DNA from: Octopus sinensis
Lineage: Eukaryota
DNA: 64,000 nucleotides
Reading direction: 5' to 3'
Assembly (NCBI RefSeq): GCF_006345805.1
Contig: NC_043013.1
Coordinates: 47,678,001 to 47,742,000, forward strand
A program made the position numbers and the translations under genes. Of the stretch, positions 12,425 through 25,700 are shown one piece after another. Each line of letters starts with the position of its first letter. Within the stretch, counting starts at the first letter, position 1. The notes below the pieces were generated by a model. It saw nothing but the letters and a program-made list of their open reading frames with translations. It searched no databases and was not told where the DNA came from.

Positions 12425-12964
12425 CAGGGTGCGATAGGTAAATTATCGCCATATCACATTGCTAATTACGCGCATGCGCATTGTTTGTATTTGATTTTGT
12501 CAACAACACTGTATAGTAGGGTCAGTTTGGCACCGTCTTTGAGAAAAACAGCACCATGACGCAAGTTATTCTCCCAGCAATTCAGAAACATGTTATACTG
12601 CTTGGCATTCACGCTAGAAGCTCCAATATGAAGTGCCGGAAGCTCCCCCTTGATTATTATGTGTGGGGAGCAGTAGAGCGAGAGACCAACAAAACTCATT
12701 CTAACACCAATGATGAACTGAATGTAAGGATTATAGCAACATTCGCCAACTTAAACATGGAGACAGTCTAGAAAACTTGCAGGAGATTCTGAAGATGTCT
12801 GGAGATCATGGTTGAAGCCAATGGCCATTTTATTGAATAAGTTTACTCTTCCGTATTTCAAGATATTTTTTATATTATTTTGGTAAATATATCTGCTAAA
12901 ATGAGATGCCAGTGTTATTTTCATTTTTGCGTAATTTAGACGGCAATATATTCACTGCACCCTG
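12425..12964 (+). mobile_element. Internally deleted Tc1/mariner DNA transposon
   Basis: TIRs begin CAGGGTGC / end GCACCCTG, flanked by TA. Internal translation PLDYYVWGAVERETNK...DELNVRIIATF...VEANGHFIE* matches the SPDxNPLD-type transposase C-terminus. Confidence 0.85.
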
Positions 12965-13034
12965 TATATACATATACAAGCTTCTTTTAATTTCCGTTTA
13001 CCAAATCCACTCACAAGGCTTTGATCGGTTCGAA

Positions 13035-13075
<41 letters not shown>

Positions 13076-13359
13076 CTCTAAACTTCTTTATAAGCTATTT
13101 TTGATTTAAGGTTTTCTTCGATTATATAAGATAATTTTATACCGAAATTTATTCATTGCGTGCAGCCGATCACTGTAAAGACTGTTAATTGGAAGGACCA
13201 ATGAAACAAAACCATTTTCAAATGTGCATCTATTAAGCTAATTGTATATGTTTGTTTATAACCTTATTTTTGTATTACTATAAAGAAAACTGTCGGACGA
13301 AGAGGAATGTGAAACTCTGAATATCAGTTTTTGTGATATTTTTGCTGCTTTTAATTAAA

Positions 13360-13504
<145 letters not shown>

Positions 13505-13513
13505 GTGTGTATG

Positions 13514-13614
<101 letters not shown>

Positions 13615-13757
13615 GATAAGAAAGTTGGTTTGTGAAAGCACGTGGTTGAATATATAGAAAATAGTAAAAAGTGAAAAAGCTACAGAAGGCTTAAATGTTA
13701 AAAAATATATATATTTGCGTCAATACGTCTGAAGAATATTAAAAATTTTTTTCTTAC

Positions 13758-14237
13758 AATGACATAATTTAGAAGAAAGACCAGTTTCGCGTTTAGCTTT
13801 TCAAATTTCTTGCGACGTTATGTTTATCTTGAACAGAGTTATCTTTATGTTTATGTTTAAAAGAGTTCTAAATAAGGGGAGGTAGTGAGTGATTTCTTCC
13901 GGTGTAAGGGAGATAATCGCTTAAAATTAAAAAAAAAAATTTTTCCTTTCCCTTGGTGTGAATTTCTCTGTATCAGTATGTTGGCATGGTTAAGTCTGGG
14001 CTTGTACTTATGCCAACATACTGATACAGAGAAATTCACACCAAGGGAAAGGAAAAAACTTTTTAAAAAATTTTAAGCGATTATCTCCCTTACACCGGAA
14101 GAAATCACTCACTACCTCCCCTTATTTAGAACTCTTTTAAACATAAACATAAAGATAACTCTGTTCAAGATAAACAACGTCGCAAGAAATTTGAAAAGCT
14201 AAACGCGAAACCGGTCTTTCTTCTAAATTATGTCATT
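13758..14237. repeat. Fold-back element: ~230-bp inverted arms, 22-nt spacer, probably PLE-derived
   Basis: 13758-13987 is the near-perfect reverse complement of 14010-14237. The outer ends carry a decayed HHR-like motif AAGAAA..TTGAAAA-GC-TAAAC-GC-GAAA-CCGG-TC-TTTCTT. Confidence 0.9.
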
Positions 14238-14253
14238 ATACATATACATATAT

Positions 14254-14427
14254 GCAGGAGTGGCTGTGTGGTAAGTAGCTTGCTAACCAACCACATGGTT
14301 CCGGGTTCAGTCCCACTGCGTGGCATCTTGTGCAAGTGTCTTCTGCTATAGTCCAGGGGTCGATTTACTCGACTAAAGGCAGTGCTCCAGCATGGCCGCA
14401 GTCAAATGACTGAAACAAGTAAAAGAG
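14254..14427 (+). mobile_element. SINE S2 with internal deletion (head joined directly to tail)
   Basis: Head ...TTCTGCTATAG joined to TCCAGGGGTCGATTT... tail; both breakpoints lie in CCCGGG-like words of the full element. Confidence 0.85.
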
Positions 14428-15719
14428 TATATAATCGCAAGAATAATATTTAGTTCTTTGGGCGCAGAATTGCTTGCTTGCTATGTTTAATTCGAAACAT
14501 TATCTCTAATTTCAAAATTTGTCCCATGATTAATATTTTAACGCTGTGCTTATGTCCTTTCTTATCTTCCAAGACCAGTGAGGTTGATCTGAGTGATTTC
14601 CTTCTTGAACAAACCCTATTTTGGCGGCGTATCAGAGTTTCAACTGGGATGAAGTTTTGAGAAGAAAGGATAAGATAATTGGTTAGTGGTCAGTGCGGGC
14701 TGAGGAGGACGACACAATATAATTGATCACGGTGAGAAAGCTGGCTGAGTTGAATGAGGTACAGAAGCGACGTACCTGTTTCGTTACGTCGTAAGCCCAA
14801 GTGAATTAGAAGTCGACACTCTATTGCTGCTTTTCATCGGATTTTTACCATTATTTATACATAAGTATCTTAGTTAAAATCATAGTTTGACTAAAGTAGC
14901 TGTAATTGCAGCTAAATATTCTGGCATGCACTACTTCTAAAATTATCTCTTAGTCGTCTTTATAATATTTCATAATTATTACGAACGTGAACCGGGATTT
15001 ATGCCCCAACTAAATGCTACTGGCAATGAAGATGGTAGACTTTATTTGTTGACGCTTTCACACTATTAGATTATCACTTATGGACCCGTTTTATTCCTAT
15101 TTTACTCGTATAGACTTTCATAGGCATTTGATGTTTTAAAAAAATTATATTATGTTTCTATATAAAAACATTATCAGGAAATGTATTAAAACATTGTTAA
15201 AATATTTTATATATTGTTGAAGTATAAGCAATTTATTTCATCACTTCTAACAGCGAAATCTTATATAGAACCCCAAGGGTCATATGGACCTCTGATGAGA
15301 ACCTCTGCTTTAAGGGGTCCGGTTTGCTACAAGCATTTGAACCAGTTCTCCGTTGTCAGTAGAACTACTCTATCTCTCAGTAAAGGGGTGCATGCGATTC
15401 GTTTTCCTTCCTCGCTAAAAGATTTTAAATGATCTACGAGAAAACTACTTACAACGATTTTGTTATTGTTTAATCCGAGGTTAACCAGCAACATTGCAAT
15501 AAGAAACAACTTGGATAATGATTAACTGAACACCCACCATAGTTAGATTTATTCGAAACAGACGCTTTTTTTTCTTTTTAGCTGAGTACAATCAATTATT
15601 AAGATATACAACTCAGCATTAGTAGTAACACTTCACAAGATTCGCTTCCCAGTGAATATATAAGCATTATGAATTACGAGGAAAATGCAAATAGATTAAA
15701 TCGATGATGCAGCTATGCA

Positions 15720-18470
15720 AAAGCATGAGCTGTTCCGCCCTGGCAGGAATTGGTGAAGAGTAATGGCAATTGAAACAAGAACCTGTATGGTTCGAGTTTC
15801 CTTCCCCACCACTCAAATACGTCTGCTCTCTTCTGTTTCACGCTAAAGTCCTTAAACGAGAAGCAGCTCTTCGACCATATCTCCTCTTGCATTGAAATCA
15901 TACATCCCCTACCCCCATACAACCACCTCTCCTATCTCTGAAAACATCATTCTCGGTGACCTCTGCACTCACAATACTTCATGGATCTCGCACTTATCCC
16001 CCACCGAAACTGCGACTTTCAATTTTCATTCGACTCGTTTCATACTATATTTTCATTTCAGACCGGCATAAATATGTTTTTCTCACTTCTAATCCAAACC
16101 TCTACGAAACCATGTCCGATAGAACCACGTCCCAGTTCTGGATGTATTACTCTATTGCAGGTATCACTTGAACCTTGTATTAATAGAATGCCATTAGCTA
16201 TTGAGTCATCCAGCCACGGACCCATTATAACTATTCAATGCACAATCTCATGCTATACAACACCCCTTCCGCCTGGACCCACCGCATTTCAAGTCAGTCA
16301 ACTGGACGGGTCACTACCAGTTTAATGCCACTTATTTCTAGAAGCCCACAAGCTTCACTCTTGACCAACTAAAATTAGCTGGGTGGCTGACTGAATTCGC
16401 CTTTCCAAAAACATACTTTCATCACCCCACAAAAAGTCAAGCTGAAGTGACTCAATTCTTCTGACCTATTTACTTGTAACTCTGCAACTGCTATCAATTG
16501 CTTGATCATTTCATCCACTTTCAAAAGCTGAATGGGATTCACCCAGCAGCGCAACGCTATAAGATCCCCACACCTGGTGCCAAGGACACCTCTGGCCATC
16601 GCAAGATCTTCAAGATCTTCGCAAACTACAGTCAATATCTTTTGTTCCTTACGAAGTGTATTTCCACCAAATGGCTCTATCAGTCGTACCACCAAGGCGA
16701 AAACTTCCATCTTTGCTTTCTTTCTATTCCATTCTACACAACACGCCTTACGCTTGTCCCATCTAAATCTATCTCTTCCTCTTCCGCCACGCTCCTCAAC
16801 TCCCATATAAACACAACTATCGCTGAAATACCTCCATTTGATTCAAGAAAATAAGCCACTGATCTTACCTTCCATTACACTCGAGCGATGCGTCCCAGAA
16901 CTTGCTTATACACTGACAAAATTCCTCAATTTCTCAGTATCTGCTGGCATATATCCTCGCATTTGGAAGTACATTTCAATATATGTTTCACTGGTAACCT
17001 GCTCTCTTGTGCCACTAGGTAGAGAACTCCTGCTCTAGTGATGTTTAATGAAAGCAATGTGGATCTTTTCATTTTGAACGGCAGTTTTTTCTAGCGGTGT
17101 CATATGAAATTGTCACCCATAATTATGACCCTAGAATCGATCTATTGCATTTCAATCTGTTTTAGGGTTAGGGTTAGTTAGGGTCAGGGTTAGGGTTAGG
17201 GGTGGAGGAAGGGTATCTTTTTTTCTTCAGAAATGTAAATAAACCCAATCTGTTTCTTAAACGAGGGACATATTCATAGACGTCATTGATTTGTTGAAAT
17301 TACAGAAATTGAAGAAAAAAAACAACAAATATCTTACAAACTATAGAATTTTCTCGATAAAGCCAAGAGAAAAAGATGTTTTATAAACACATTCTACCAG
17401 TATACGAAGTTTAAAAGTGTTTAGTTACGTGGAAATTATTTTTTAAAAACTGCCGTTCAAACCGAAAAGATCCAGCAATGTTGTTTCCGTAGATGTGAGT
17501 AAAGCCTACGACTGCCTAGGAATCGAAATTTCCCGCTGATAGGTTCCACCTGTCTCTCGTCTCGTCAATAGTAGCATGCATCTGCCGATACTCTCTTACT
17601 ATCACTCTTTTAATCAATTCTTGTGACCCCACCACCACCACCACAAGAGTTTTGTTTGTCTCTCCTTTTTCATTCTATATATCAATGACTTATTAGCCGC
17701 TGCATCTAACAATACTCAATTTAACGCCAACAACACAGCCCTCCCCTCACCCTTACACCATCCTGATGCAAACTAGACGTAACACGTTAAATCTACACTG
17801 ATTCCAAAAGCAGAGAACTTAATAGATTCCTGCAGTGAGTCTATGCCGACCTTGTTGCTTTTAGCTGCAAAGGACTCATATCACAACTCATATCAAGCGA
17901 ACATCTCTGTACCACACAACGTGAAACATGAATTGCACTCAGATGAAACCCTTACAGTAGTTCCAAGTGCTGGACCTTTGTTTCAAATGCGGGGCTACCC
18001 TATCCCTAAGGATTTTCTTCCGCAAAATTACCTAATTAACATATCTAGGATAACACCCAAACACTAGCCCTTCTATTTATGGTCCAAAAGTTGTTCATCC
18101 CTTAATAGCTACTGCCAAGATCTGGGACGTGTTGCTAGGATGTACACCTACATTCTGAACTGTTAAGAGTCACTATATTAAACCGTATCCAGTCAGTGAC
18201 AGAGAAAGCCCACACTTAAGCGAAAAATCATGCTGTCTTCTCGCCAAGTCTTTTCTACAATAAGTTCTGTCCGTTGGAGCTGGCTGATCTAGTAACCTCA
18301 CCCTTAGAGCATTCCCTTACGTACTATATTTTTATCCACATGCTTCGTCCAAAGCCCTCGGCACCACACAAACCTTTAAACCATTATGCTCAGTTTTCTT
18401 TTTACCAGAATATTCGCACTTTAGAATCTTCTCTATGCTAATGACTTTCTTACAAGTGTTGATTTCTAAC
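15720..18470 (+). mobile_element. Old, heavily degenerate CR1/L2-group LINE ORF2 (APE + RT), interrupted by a MITE
   Basis: Frame fragments ENIILGDLCTHN (APE), FLTSNPNLY, LPSITLERCVPELAYTLTKFLNFSVSAGIYPRIWKY and, once the MITE is removed, FNESNVVSVDVSKAYD (RT motif A). Many stops and frameshifts. Confidence 0.8.
17061..17473. mobile_element. 413-bp MITE with ~29-bp TIRs, 8-bp TSD and internal TTAGGG repeats (Merlin- or hAT-like)
   Basis: TIR GGATCTTTTC(AT/GG)TTTGAACGGCAGTTTTT at both ends; exact TSD AGCAATGT at 17053-17060 and 17474-17481; degenerate (TTAGGG)n at 17162-17201. Confidence 0.9.
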
Positions 18471-18956
18471 AGCTTAAACGGAACAATAACAACATACAAA
18501 ATCCTAGGTCAGTCTCAGAGGACCTGCAATTGCCATGGGCAATATTCTTTCCTCTAGAGATAAAATAATGAAGAATAAAAAAACAAAATATTACCGAACA
18601 ACTATAAATACTATAGAACCTACAAGCTGCCGAACAACGCATACTACAGAACCCTTCATGTTGGCGAATAACAGCAGCAGATATCATAAAATCGAACAAG
18701 CTGCAAAACAGTAGGCGCTAAAACGAGCAGTTTGGCCAGTGCCAACCTATTGTCCAGTTGTGAACAAATGAGACCCTTAGACACTTTGAAATTCGATTAT
18801 TTTATCAGTTGCTGCAAACAAGAAAATGGAGCGAAGGGACGGGGTGGATTCTGCGATATTAATAAAGCGATGAATTTGTATTGAGCCATTAATTTTTCTC
18901 TCGTTTGTACATTCATTATATTCGTTTACCTCTTTCTATCTACCAATCTACACACG

Positions 18957-19000
<44 letters not shown>

Positions 19001-20174
19001 ACACACACACACATACATACATACACGCATACACACATTCACGTGCATACAGAGAGAGAGCGCGAGAGAAAGAGAAAGTTTTGCATAAAAGAAAGTGTGT
19101 AATTGAAGGGTAATGCCCATATCACTGAAAACAATGACGTGAGTGAAATCTGTAAATTGAAAGGGCTTTCCCTGCAATTTATTCTGAGTGGAATGTGGCT
19201 CAATTTCACCTAAAAGGAAATAATGAAATAATTATCTTTGAGCTGCAAAGCAATGTTGAAAAAATACCAACGTTTTCCTCCCGCTCACTCACTCACTGTC
19301 TCTCTCTCTCTCTCTCTCGCATTCTCCTACATTCACCTACACACACACACACTCTCTCTCTCTATGTGTGTATAGGAAACTTTTACGCCAGTCTTCAAAT
19401 AAAATTTTGCAAAACAAATAAACACCAACACAACCGACATATATCACAACTACCCAAAAGTTACAACATAAAAATACAGGCAAAAATCTTTATATCAAAG
19501 ACAAAAAAAAAAGTCTGCTATGCTAAACAATTGGAGCCGGTTGGAGTTTGTAAAAAGGTTCACAGCGCTTTGCCATAATGCATTCTTCTGTTTCGACAGA
19601 AATTACCGATGTTGTTGTTAAGGTTTTCTCTTCTTCTTCTTTTGTCTTTTTTTTTTGTTCCATTTTGTTTCTTGCTATCATTCTACCTTTATTAGGTGAG
19701 TTTCTAAGATTTAAACAAACGTACTAATTTTCGATAAAAGCAATATGTTTCTTTTGGACAGTTATGCAAAAGTTTTTCAACAATGTTCTTAAAGCGAAAA
19801 GTAATTTGGAGATGTAATATATTCTGTCTATACTATTGTAAATTTGCAAAGCAACACGAATACATTTTTCTCGACAACGACTCAAAAATACGTTTATCTA
19901 CGTTTTCTTTTTCTCCCATTTAATATTGATTAGCTTACATATATACTATACCTACTGATATGCACACACACACACACACAGACATACGCTCTTCTCAATA
20001 TAATTATATACCTAATGCATTGTATTTTGCGTATGCATACTCGTATTTATATATGAAAAATTATACGCAGCGAAATGTGCGCACTTATACATGAGCATTC
20101 TATTAAAGAGAAAATGATGTGTGTATGTGTGCCTGTGTGCATGTGCATATGTATGTGTTTGCGTGTTTGTCGCT

Positions 20175-20430
<256 letters not shown>

Positions 20431-20551
20431 TTTTGCGTTAATTGTATTTAGATTTATCCATTCTGGCCACTTACTTTCCTCATTTAAATAATTTTTGTCT
20501 TATATTTCATATTTTTTGTTTTGTTTTATTCAGTTTTTGTTTTTCGCAAAG

Positions 20552-20645
20552 AAACATTCTCTAGTCGATGTTCATGTGGAACAAGGGAAAATCTTCGAGA
20601 AAGTGCGAAGAAAGTGTTGGCTCAGTCAGTGAAATTAATAACGGA
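20552..20645 (+). CDS. Candidate internal exon (TFSSRCSCGTRENLRESAKKVLAQSVKLIT)
   Basis: T-rich acceptor ...ttttcgcaaag|, donor GGA|gtgagt, single open frame. Peptide not recognised; could be chance. Confidence 0.2.
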
Positions 20646-21024
20646 GTGAGTGGAAGCAAGAAGGTTCGTGAAAACAAAGATGCCGTGTCGATTGTTAATA
20701 ATTATAACTTATCGTAAAGAATTTTGATAATGATTTCGTAATATAGCAATTGAAGATCAATATGAAATTATTGAAGAGATCTTAATAAGTATAAGTGAAT
20801 TTCATCAGATTCAGTGATGTGATGTAATTAAAGGTGATACTGGTAATTAAAAGGAAGGCTGTTTTATAGTTGTATGATGTAATAGAAGGAAAATAATTTC
20901 AGCTTGGAGAAGAATAACAAAAAGTTGAAGTTGGTATTGTTTTTATATAATACATACACATGACATTAAGTAGTAACAATAACATAATGAGAGAATGTGT
21001 TATTAAATATACTTATATTGAAAT

Positions 21025-21340
21025 GAAGAAGATGACGATGACGACGACGACTACGACGGCGAAGACGGCGACGATGATGATTACGAAAACTTTAAAGGTA
21101 GAACCAGTGGCGGTTGTGGTAAGGTTAGTTGTGGTAGTGACGACGGTGGCTGTGGTAGTGGTGATAAACATCATTCTTATTGTCATGATGCGCTTCATCA
21201 TCGTCCTCATTTCCATCCACTTCATAAACATCAATCTTATTGACATCGTCGCAAGCATTACCATTATCAACATCATCTTCGTCATCGCCATCATCATCGT
21301 CATCGTCATCATCATCATCATCATCATCATCATCACAGAT
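21025..21340. repeat. Degenerate trinucleotide repeats (GAC/GAT/GTG/ATC)n
   Basis: Direct reading; source of the poly-T/V/I/M/D ORFs. Confidence 0.9.
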
Positions 21341-22101
21341 GCTTGTATTATCCGCCATACAAAGATTTGCGAAGTAGACTTCGGCCCATTTGAACCTAAC
21401 AAAATAAAAACACGTAACTAAACGTATTTACAATATCTATAAACCCCTAGTATTCTTATTGTAAAGATGTGGTGAGGTGAGGGCGATTTCTGTTACAAAC
21501 CAATAAGGTACCTATTGACATCTATACAGGAGTGGTTTTGTGCATCATTACAGATGCACCAATTATAAATGAGAAAATGTTCACGTTTCTTAACTTCTGT
21601 ATTGTTTTCAATTCAATAGCGAAGTCAGTGTAATTCATTAGCTTTTCAACGCGTTCTTGCACACTTTATTGTTGCTCAGCATTGCAGTGTACACTATTCT
21701 TATTAGTATAATAATTATTATCATTATCAAAAGATAGCAAATGATAGAAACCTATTTTCCAAAGGTAACAGAAATGTGCCTGCAATGTGTGAAGGGAATA
21801 GAAGACAATAGGCTCCTTACAGAGGAAAATAAATACAGGCCGTTGGTTGCTTTCTTTCGTACCGAGGAGACGACAAAGGTAATCCACGGCCTCATGGGTT
21901 TCAATGTGTGCAAGAGACTTTCCACACGTGCAGAAGTAACACGGAAAGATAAATCGACTGAGCAAATTTTTATTAGGAGAATAAGTCACGGTTGAAAATG
22001 GAATTGCAGGCGATGATCATAGATCTAGAAAAAGTCAAAGCAATTGCAGATAAAATATCTAGTAGAGTTGAATGTTGACGGTTGTGTGTAGGCGAATATG
22101 T

Positions 22102-22140
<39 letters not shown>

Positions 22141-22154
22141 TTTTTTCTGTGCCC

Positions 22155-22190
22155 CTTTCTGTAGAAGAGCGTAGGCTCGAAACGTAAAAG
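22155..22190 (+). ncRNA. Minimal hammerhead motif with one core substitution (A6U) in a PLE pseudo-LTR remnant
   Basis: CTTT-CTGTAGA-A-GAGC-GTAG-GCTC-GAAAC-GTA-AAAG: stem I CTTT/AAAG, stem II GAGC/GCTC, palindromic ACGT stem III. Confidence 0.65.
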
Positions 22191-22317
22191 ACTTTTTCTA
22201 TTCCTGAGCGTTATACTAATACATCTGTCTGTTTTGTACACCACCTGTCTTCGTCTTTTGTTTTTTCGTAAACTCTCCCTATATATATATAGGTGTATGT
22301 GTATGCATGTATGTATG

Positions 22318-22540
22318 CGATTTAAGGACTGTGTCAAGTCCTCATTAAATGCCTGTGATATACAGGAAACTAACTGGGAAAGCAATGCCTGCCATCGCCA
22401 GAGATGGAGGAAGCAGGTTAAGGAGAGGGTCAACACCTTTGAAGGAGCACCTATTCAGCATGAAGAACTTAAGCGTGCTGCTCGAAAGCACACTGCTGGT
22501 GTAGTCAATGGGGAAAGCTTGGTCTGCAACTCACACACAA
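22318..22540 (+). mobile_element. RTE-clade (BovB-like) LINE ORF C-terminal fragment
   Basis: RFKDCVKSSLNACDIQETNWESNACHRQRWRKQVKERVNTFE...KRAARK matches the RFKD...W...DR..WR..RK pattern of RTE C-termini. Confidence 0.7.
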
Positions 22541-22694
22541 GGTACAGGAAACTTATATATACACCATTCTACTTAAATAATGGCACTGCAAATACATTAT
22601 CCTTACGTATCTCACGTCCGTTTTCATTCGTCCCCTTCACTCTGTATTTCATATCTTCTCTATAATAACTATTACTTAAACATTTTCTCGCACT

Positions 22695-22742
22695 GTCTCT
22701 GATGAAGGGATTTATAAAATATCTCGGAAACAGCTGTAAGAC
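22695..22742 (+). ncRNA. Apparently intact minimal type I hammerhead ribozyme (PLE pseudo-LTR remnant ~22570-22800)
   Basis: GTCT-CTGATGA-A-GGGAT...ATCTC-G-GAAAC-AGCT-GTA-AGAC: stem I GTCT/AGAC, stem II, palindromic CAGCTG stem III, GUA cleavage triplet. Confidence 0.7.
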
Positions 22743-23248
22743 CTCTTTATAAATGTTCTGAAAACTATTCACAGCCTTGGATTTTTTTATCTCATTCTGT
22801 TAATTTTTATATACATAGGTAACAATATACGAAACTCTCAGACATTGAGTCACTCTGTTACTTCTACTAAATATTAATGAATGTGTTTGTCTGTGTGTAT
22901 GTGTGTATGTGTGTATTCATATACATATAAATGCATGCGTACATGCCTTCTGAACACGAATGTACTCAAACAAATGCAAGACAAAGAGAACATCTATGAA
23001 CCATTCTCAACTTGGGTTTTAGAGAAGAGATGACTTCACCAAGATGCTTTCCTTTCCAGCCTTGCTACCAAGCAGGTGGCCGGTCAAAATTTATCCCAAA
23101 GTAAAATGAGAAAGAGAACTTAGATACATACAAACATATAAACATACATACGTACATACATTCGTACATACATAGATACATACACACACGCATATATAAG
23201 TATATATATATGTATGTATATATATATATGTGTATATGTATATATATA

Positions 23249-23323
<75 letters not shown>

Positions 23324-23466
23324 AGCACCCATGTTCGAAAATACAGGATGCAAAATAAGAGCTGAACAACAGTAACATTCGTCCTGAACAGGACTGCCAC
23401 ATTATGTTGGCAAATAATCTTTACACGCTCTCCCTCTGCCTCTTTCTCTCTATCTCCCTCTCTCTT

Positions 23467-23497
<31 letters not shown>

Positions 23498-23672
23498 GTG
23501 CGTGTGTGTGTGTGCTGTGTTGTGTTTAATTCCTTCCATGATAAAGCTAGTCGAAGGATGTCCATGGAACTCAAAGCTACCTCTCATGTAAACACGAGAG
23601 AATTGCTACCAATGGACCAAACCAATCCTTCGAATTTCTCTATCCATTTTTCGAAATTTATCAATTCTTATG

Positions 23673-25700
23673 ACAGTTCTATATTTAAGTGATGAGGAAT
23701 CATTTACATTATTTACATTATTTACATTTCACGTTATTTGTCCTCATCTTGTTTGTTGTTAACACGTTTCGGCTGATATACACTCAGAATCTTGGGGTTA
23801 GTAGCCCACGCTCTTAACCACTACGCCATATGCCCATGGGCAATTATGGAGTGAATTTTAGGGCTTATAAATTTAATATTCTCCGATCCTTCCTTAATAC
23901 CGGTTCCCATATGCTACTCATATCTGCACTCGGTCTGCTTAGGAGGTTGTTGTGTCCTAGCATTTGTGCTGCTTCTTTTAGTTTTCATATTTTCCAATGC
24001 TGTTCTCTGTCTACTATTTTAACTTCATCCCACAGGGGGATATGGTCTCCATTTTCCCATACATGATCAGCTATACCCGATTTATCAATATCTCCTCGTG
24101 TCACAGCTTTGCGATGTTCCTCTACCCTTATTTTGAGGGGGCGGCATATTTCGCCTTTGTATAACCTACCACAGCTGCATGGGATGGAGTACACGCAGTC
24201 TTTGGTCATATTCTCTTCTTTTGTTGATTTTACCCGAAGGAGATATTTGCGAAGTATTGTATTACTCTTCAATACTGTCCTAATGTCATCTTCCTGGTGG
24301 GGGCCAAAGTAGAAAGTTGTCTTCAACATATTGCAGCCACAGGGTTGATTTTAGTGGTGTTGATTCTAAAGCCAAATCTCAAAGTATTCCATGTATATAT
24401 TGGCTATTATCGGTGATAATGGCGAACCCACAGCTAAACCCTCTTCTTGTCGATATATATATCAGTGTTCATACTGAAATAGGTAGTTTCTACACAGAAG
24501 GTCAACATTTCCATTAAGTTTCTTATTGGTGTACTAGTGCGTTCTTTTAGATGGGTGTCTGTCACTAGTTTTTCTTGAATCACCGATAGTGCTTCACCAG
24601 TTGGGACTTTGGTGAACAGACTTATCACATCTAGATTCACCATTTGGTTGGATTCAATGGGGGTATCCTTGGGTGGAAATCTTCACGTACGATGTTGACT
24701 TTCCTGCTAATGGACTGGTTATATCCACAACGAAGTGGCTCAGTGGATGACATGCTGAATCTCTACAGCTCACCATAGGCCTTAATGGAATGCCATCTTG
24801 TGAATTTTAAGGAGACCGTACATGTGTGGTAGTTTACTGTAGTGTTGAATCAGTTGTCTGTATTTCATTGGTGCAAAGTGATCCTCGTTCTTGATCAAGA
24901 TCTGTGACAATTTCCTCTCTGTTTTCAAAGTAGGGTCTTTCTTTATTTTGCTGTAGCCACTATCACTGAAAATACTTGCCAATTTTCTGAGTAGTCAGAC
25001 TTGTTTATCACCACTGTATCCCTTGTCCGCCGGAAGAATTATGATGGAATTGTCACTCTGTAGTCATTTGATAACGATCGTTTCTTCCTTAGTGATGTTT
25101 GGTTTGGGAAGTTTCGCTTTTTCTAGTACCTGTCTCACTTTCCACCTTAGTTCATCTCCTTGAACTTTGGGTATCTTTACGGCTCTCTCTTCAATAGGGG
25201 CTATTATGTACAAGTATGAAATGCGTTTGATGGTTGTCGCAAAGTCGAGACCTTTGTTTAGTACTGCTTCTTCAGAGCTTTCTAGATATCGGCTACTTAC
25301 ATTAATTACTGCTTTCACAGGTGGGTGATGGACTTCAGTCTTCATTTTCTGACCATTGAGCTTCATAAACTTCTTAATCTGGCTTGTCTTCACCATTTCA
25401 AATTCTTTCATGAACGACTTTTCTAGATCTTGTTGGATTTTCCATCATCATCTCTGGTTATTTCCCTAAGTAATGAAGATAACCTCTCTTTGATTTCGTC
25501 ATTCAGTTGATGTTTTTTCCAACGGTTGTAATTGATCCTATCACGATTATTTAAGAATAGTAAGGATCTGTTGGTGATGGAAATGCTCCAGTTTTATTCA
25601 TTGCCGGACGATAAGGTGTCTATGCTTTAAATCGTATTACAATGTCAAGGTGAGTACCAGTTTCATTTTGAAACATGTGCATTGCCAGTTTTCAAAATGC
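23673..25700 (-). mobile_element. Penelope-like element (RT then GIY-YIG; Penelope/Poseidon-type), decayed and internally deleted
   Basis: Minus-strand fragments VLNKGLDFA, PKPNITKEE, YGLLKIHK, LDVISLFTKVP, GLAVGSPLSPIIANIYME, WLQYVED and VYSIPCSCGRLYKGE...RVEEH (GIY-YIG). Junction near 24275 removes the late RT/thumb. The 3' pseudo-LTR has a tRNA-like cassette and the 3' half of an HHR. Confidence 0.92.

Noticed and set aside
15285-15325. CTGATGA inside a GGACC/GGTCC stem
   Set aside because: No GAAA partner; chance match.
20960-21421. ORFs with poly-T/V/I, poly-M and poly-D tracts
   Set aside because: Trinucleotide repeat artefacts, open on both strands.
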